Shown here piece after piece: positions 48,809 through 51,677 of a stretch of DNA of 51,677 bases. The number at the start of each line of letters is the position of its first letter. The stretch's first letter is position 1. A program made the position numbers and the translations under genes. This stretch comes from Octopus bimaculoides (Eukaryota). Below the pieces are notes generated by a model, which did no database searches, was not told where the DNA came from, and worked only from the letters and a program-made list of their open reading frames with translations. The DNA lies in the NCBI RefSeq assembly GCF_001194135.2, contig NC_068991.1, forward strand, positions 80,807,745-80,859,421. Reading direction: 5' to 3'.

Positions 48809-50312
48809 GAGGTCTGATCAAAAAGTATTAGGACTGTTGCTATGGTAATAGAGCTAAAGTACATAGAGCGAACCCACTTTTCACAGATTGAACTTGAATT
48901 CTGTTGTGCATGTACTCTGATGCTCTCACTCACTTCCATTGTTTATAGAAATGCTTGGATGTAAAGTGTGCTGAGCATTGGTCATCTTAAGAAGATTGGG
49001 TTTCAGCTGCGCACGATCTCCTTGATTGTGTTGTGGAAGATGAAAACCGTTTGAAGATGGTCATAACAGGTGATGAATCATGGATCTATGGCTTTGACCC
49101 CGAAACCAAGGCTCAGTCTTTGTAGTGGAAGACTCCGACAAGATTTCAAGACATTAAAGAAATGCAAGAGAATGCAATTATAGTGTAGACTCTATATATT
49201 CATATATTCAAATGTAACAGGTAACAGCTAGCCTTTGGCCACTGTTTGTATCCTGTTGTGTCCACTACTCCGATTGGTTGGTATTGGCACAATTTGTCCC
49301 CTACTCTGTTGTACCAACTGACTGTGGATAGCCAGTCAGAAACTTTAGATAGCATCACGGGAACAACCTTTTACGAACCCTTTTCAAGCCTAGCTTTTTC
49401 TTCATTATACGTCTTTGGTTCCAGACCTTTTAAGGTCTAGCCACTGACCACACAAGACACAGCCAGTTCCAGTGACAACACCACAGCAGCTATGTTGAGG
49501 CTCACCAACTTTGTCCAACAGCATTCAGCAACCTCCATCTCTGTCACAACCATTGTCCTAATGTCAACATCTCTACATACACAATTCAATCAGCAACTCG
49601 CCCAGGTTCTAACACTTCACTGTTTGTGAATTACTTCATCATGGATCAACAGCAAATATACAACCTGCTAGAACTCCTATACCAAGTGACTCAGGCTGCA
49701 GCATCACAGCCACAACTTCACGTACAACATGTACCACAACTGGCTCAGCATCACGGCCGCAACTTCTTGATACAGTATTTCAACTACCGTGTACAGTTGA
49801 CTACAAACTGGTATTTCTCATCTTACTTCTATTTACAGACTCTTTCATTTGTCATTTCTTGTATGTTCTTAACATGCACACATACATCCATGCCTATACA
49901 CACATACATTTGTTCTCATGACAGCCTGTCTATTATTCTGTATACATGACGCACACACACACACACACATTAACATGTCAATAAACCTTCTCTTAAACAT
50001 TCTATTCAGTTGTATCTCCTTTTTCTCACTGGCGCTTAATTGTACTATCCAATTCCTCTTTATTGTATTGGCTGTGTGATGTGCTACAAAAGAGCTATTC
50101 TTGTCACCTCGCATCGCACAGTCCTTACACAATGAAGTGGTTGCTTGTTAATTCAAAAAAGGAGTTCCAGGAATGCTTCCATCAACAGAAATGATGCTGG
50201 ATAAAGTGTGCAGCTTCAGAAGGGAACGACTTTGAAAGAGATTAAATGCCAAAGTGATATGTGCTGTAATTTTCTTTTTCTAACACCAGTTTTGGTACTT
50301 TTTGATCAGGCG
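48809..50312 (+). mobile_element. Internally deleted mariner with unrelated filler between intact TIRs
   Basis: CTGATCAAAAAGTA (48814-48827) inverted at 50296-50309; ITGDESWIYGFDPETKAQS at ~49060-49120; KEFQECF...CW.KC..SEG..FE* at ~50155-50245. Confidence 0.75.
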
Positions 50313-50626
50313 TATGTTTGTGTATGCATTTATGTATGTTTGAATGTATGTGCACACATTGTGTATACATGGTAAAAACTATCAGAATCTAATTTGACAA
50401 AGGAAAGCATGTATATTTATTAAGTGATTGGCCCCTTCTTTATAGTATAAAATGGTTTGGCCTAAATGACTTATAAGAGTTAAACATCTTGTCCAAGCTA
50501 TCTTGATTTCTGTTGCAGAACTAAATGTAAGTTTCCTGCTCTATACTTTATTCCTAAACAACTAGAGAAATTTTTTGCTTTTTAGATATGCTTGAATAAT
50601 TAATTTTAACTTTGTTTCCTTTTCAG

Positions 50627-50711
50627 CTACTCCTCTTCAATTGCAATCAGTATGTATACCAGAGAATACTAAAACCAGCTGGTCCTTTTCTGGGGATACT
50701 TATCAAGTTAG
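50627..50711 (+). CDS. ENTPD5: ENTPD5/6-like exon: (T)TPLQLQSVCIPENTKTSWSFSGDTYQV
   Basis: 85 nt, tttcag acceptor, AG|GTAAAC donor, phase 1/2. SxCxP...W.F.G..Y pattern of the family; the gene continues beyond the window. Confidence 0.9.
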
Positions 50712-50989
50712 GTAAACCATAAACCTTTTTATTATTTTTTTTTTTGTATTGCAAGCATGAGTTATTGCTCTTGGTTGAGTTGTAATATTATTAAAGCAGT
50801 TATTATGTTAACATCTTTTATCCATGCAAGTGTACTGATTTGTAATACCCCAAGTAACTTATTTTTCAATCTGGTATATATTCTGTCAGTCTCTTTTGCC
50901 AAATTATGGGGCTGTAAACAAACCAACACTGGTTGTCAAGCAGTGGGTCACATATGCACATATATACAACAGGCTTCCACTTCTCAAAA

Positions 50990-51235
50990 GGCATTTGGCA
51001 AACTGAGACAATTGTCGATTGAGAAACACATACTGCAGTAGCTTTTGATTGAAGGGCCTAAAGCTATTTAATGCCAACACATCTAAAGGATCTTCATTGA
51101 GTAGGAGTAGATGATTTCAAGAAACAACTTGACCTCTTGCTGTCCAAGATCCCAGATGAACCTATATCATGGCAAGAAACTCAGGGGCAAACTGTGTCGA
51201 ACTCCCTCCTTCACCAAAAGCCAAAACAGGAAGAG
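50990..51235 (+). mobile_element. CR1/L2-group LINE 3' end, same family as 2545-3870
   Basis: DDFKKQLDLLLSKIPDEP...VSNSLLHQ parallels GVFKSKLDLFLSKVPNEP...SNSLIHQ. Confidence 0.8.
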
Positions 51236-51439
51236 ATCCAGTTTTGTTTTGAAGACACTTACATCCACACCATGCAGGTCTTTCAGGCTTTTTGGAAGGA
51301 CATTGTAGAACTATGGGCCCTTGAAACCCAAGCAGTTGCAGTATCTGGCCCTGTATCTTGATAGTAAAGTTGGGATCTTTAGTACTATGCAGTGGTGCCC
51401 TCTTTTGCTGTTTGTCTAACTTTTAATGCTAAAGTTTGG

Positions 51440-51618
51440 TACAGGTCCTTTCAACCACTCCAAGAGTGTAGTGGATGCTTTTACGTGCCACCGACATGAG
51501 GCCAGTCAGGCAGTACTGGCAACAGCCACGCTCAAAATGGTGTATTTTACGTGCCACCTGCACAGGAGCCAGTCCAGGGGCACTGGCAACGATGCACTGG
51601 CAACAATCTCGCTCAAAT
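51440..51618 (-). mobile_element. SINE fragment ((GAT)n-tailed family)
   Basis: Reverse complement of the 35390-35560 segment. Confidence 0.8.
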
Positions 51619-51645
51619 GACTTTATATATAATATAACTAATATG

Positions 51646-51677
<32 letters not shown>

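Noticed and set aside
48836-48849. X-box-like GTTGCTATGGTAAT
   Set aside because: Lies in the mariner subterminal region deep in an ENTPD intron, far from any plausible promoter.

Overview
Eukaryotic, repeat-rich draft-assembly DNA. It is probably an octopus, inferred from the SINE families, microsatellite load and mariner/RTE/Penelope relics. N-gaps lie at 4838-4859, 7925-8118, 16209-17170, 18123-18659, 21726-21735, 23052-23963, 28217-29012, 29830-30253 and 42604-42761. Two spliced genes diverge head-to-head, and most of their exons are missed by the ORF track. On the minus strand is a BBOF1/CCDC176-like ciliary coiled-coil gene: five phase-consistent exons from 9656 down to 923, continuing left of the window. 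On the plus strand is an ENTPD5/6-like GDA1/CD39 apyrase: eight phase-consistent exons from 32640 to 50711 with ACR1-ACR4 intact, continuing right of the window. As I recall, BBOF1 and ENTPD5 are also head-to-head neighbours in human, which would be deep microsynteny. Between the genes is a full-length, recently inactivated RTE-clade LINE with a target-site duplication. It is interrupted by a 536-bp solo-LTR-like insert whose end is a tandem array of [LTR-end + tRNA-Trp primer-binding site + spacer] modules. A complete type I hammerhead ribozyme fold lies at 26883-26957. There are also several palindromes, candidate RFX X-boxes and many SINE, LINE and mariner relics. All alignments were done by eye against remembered sequences; no searches were run.
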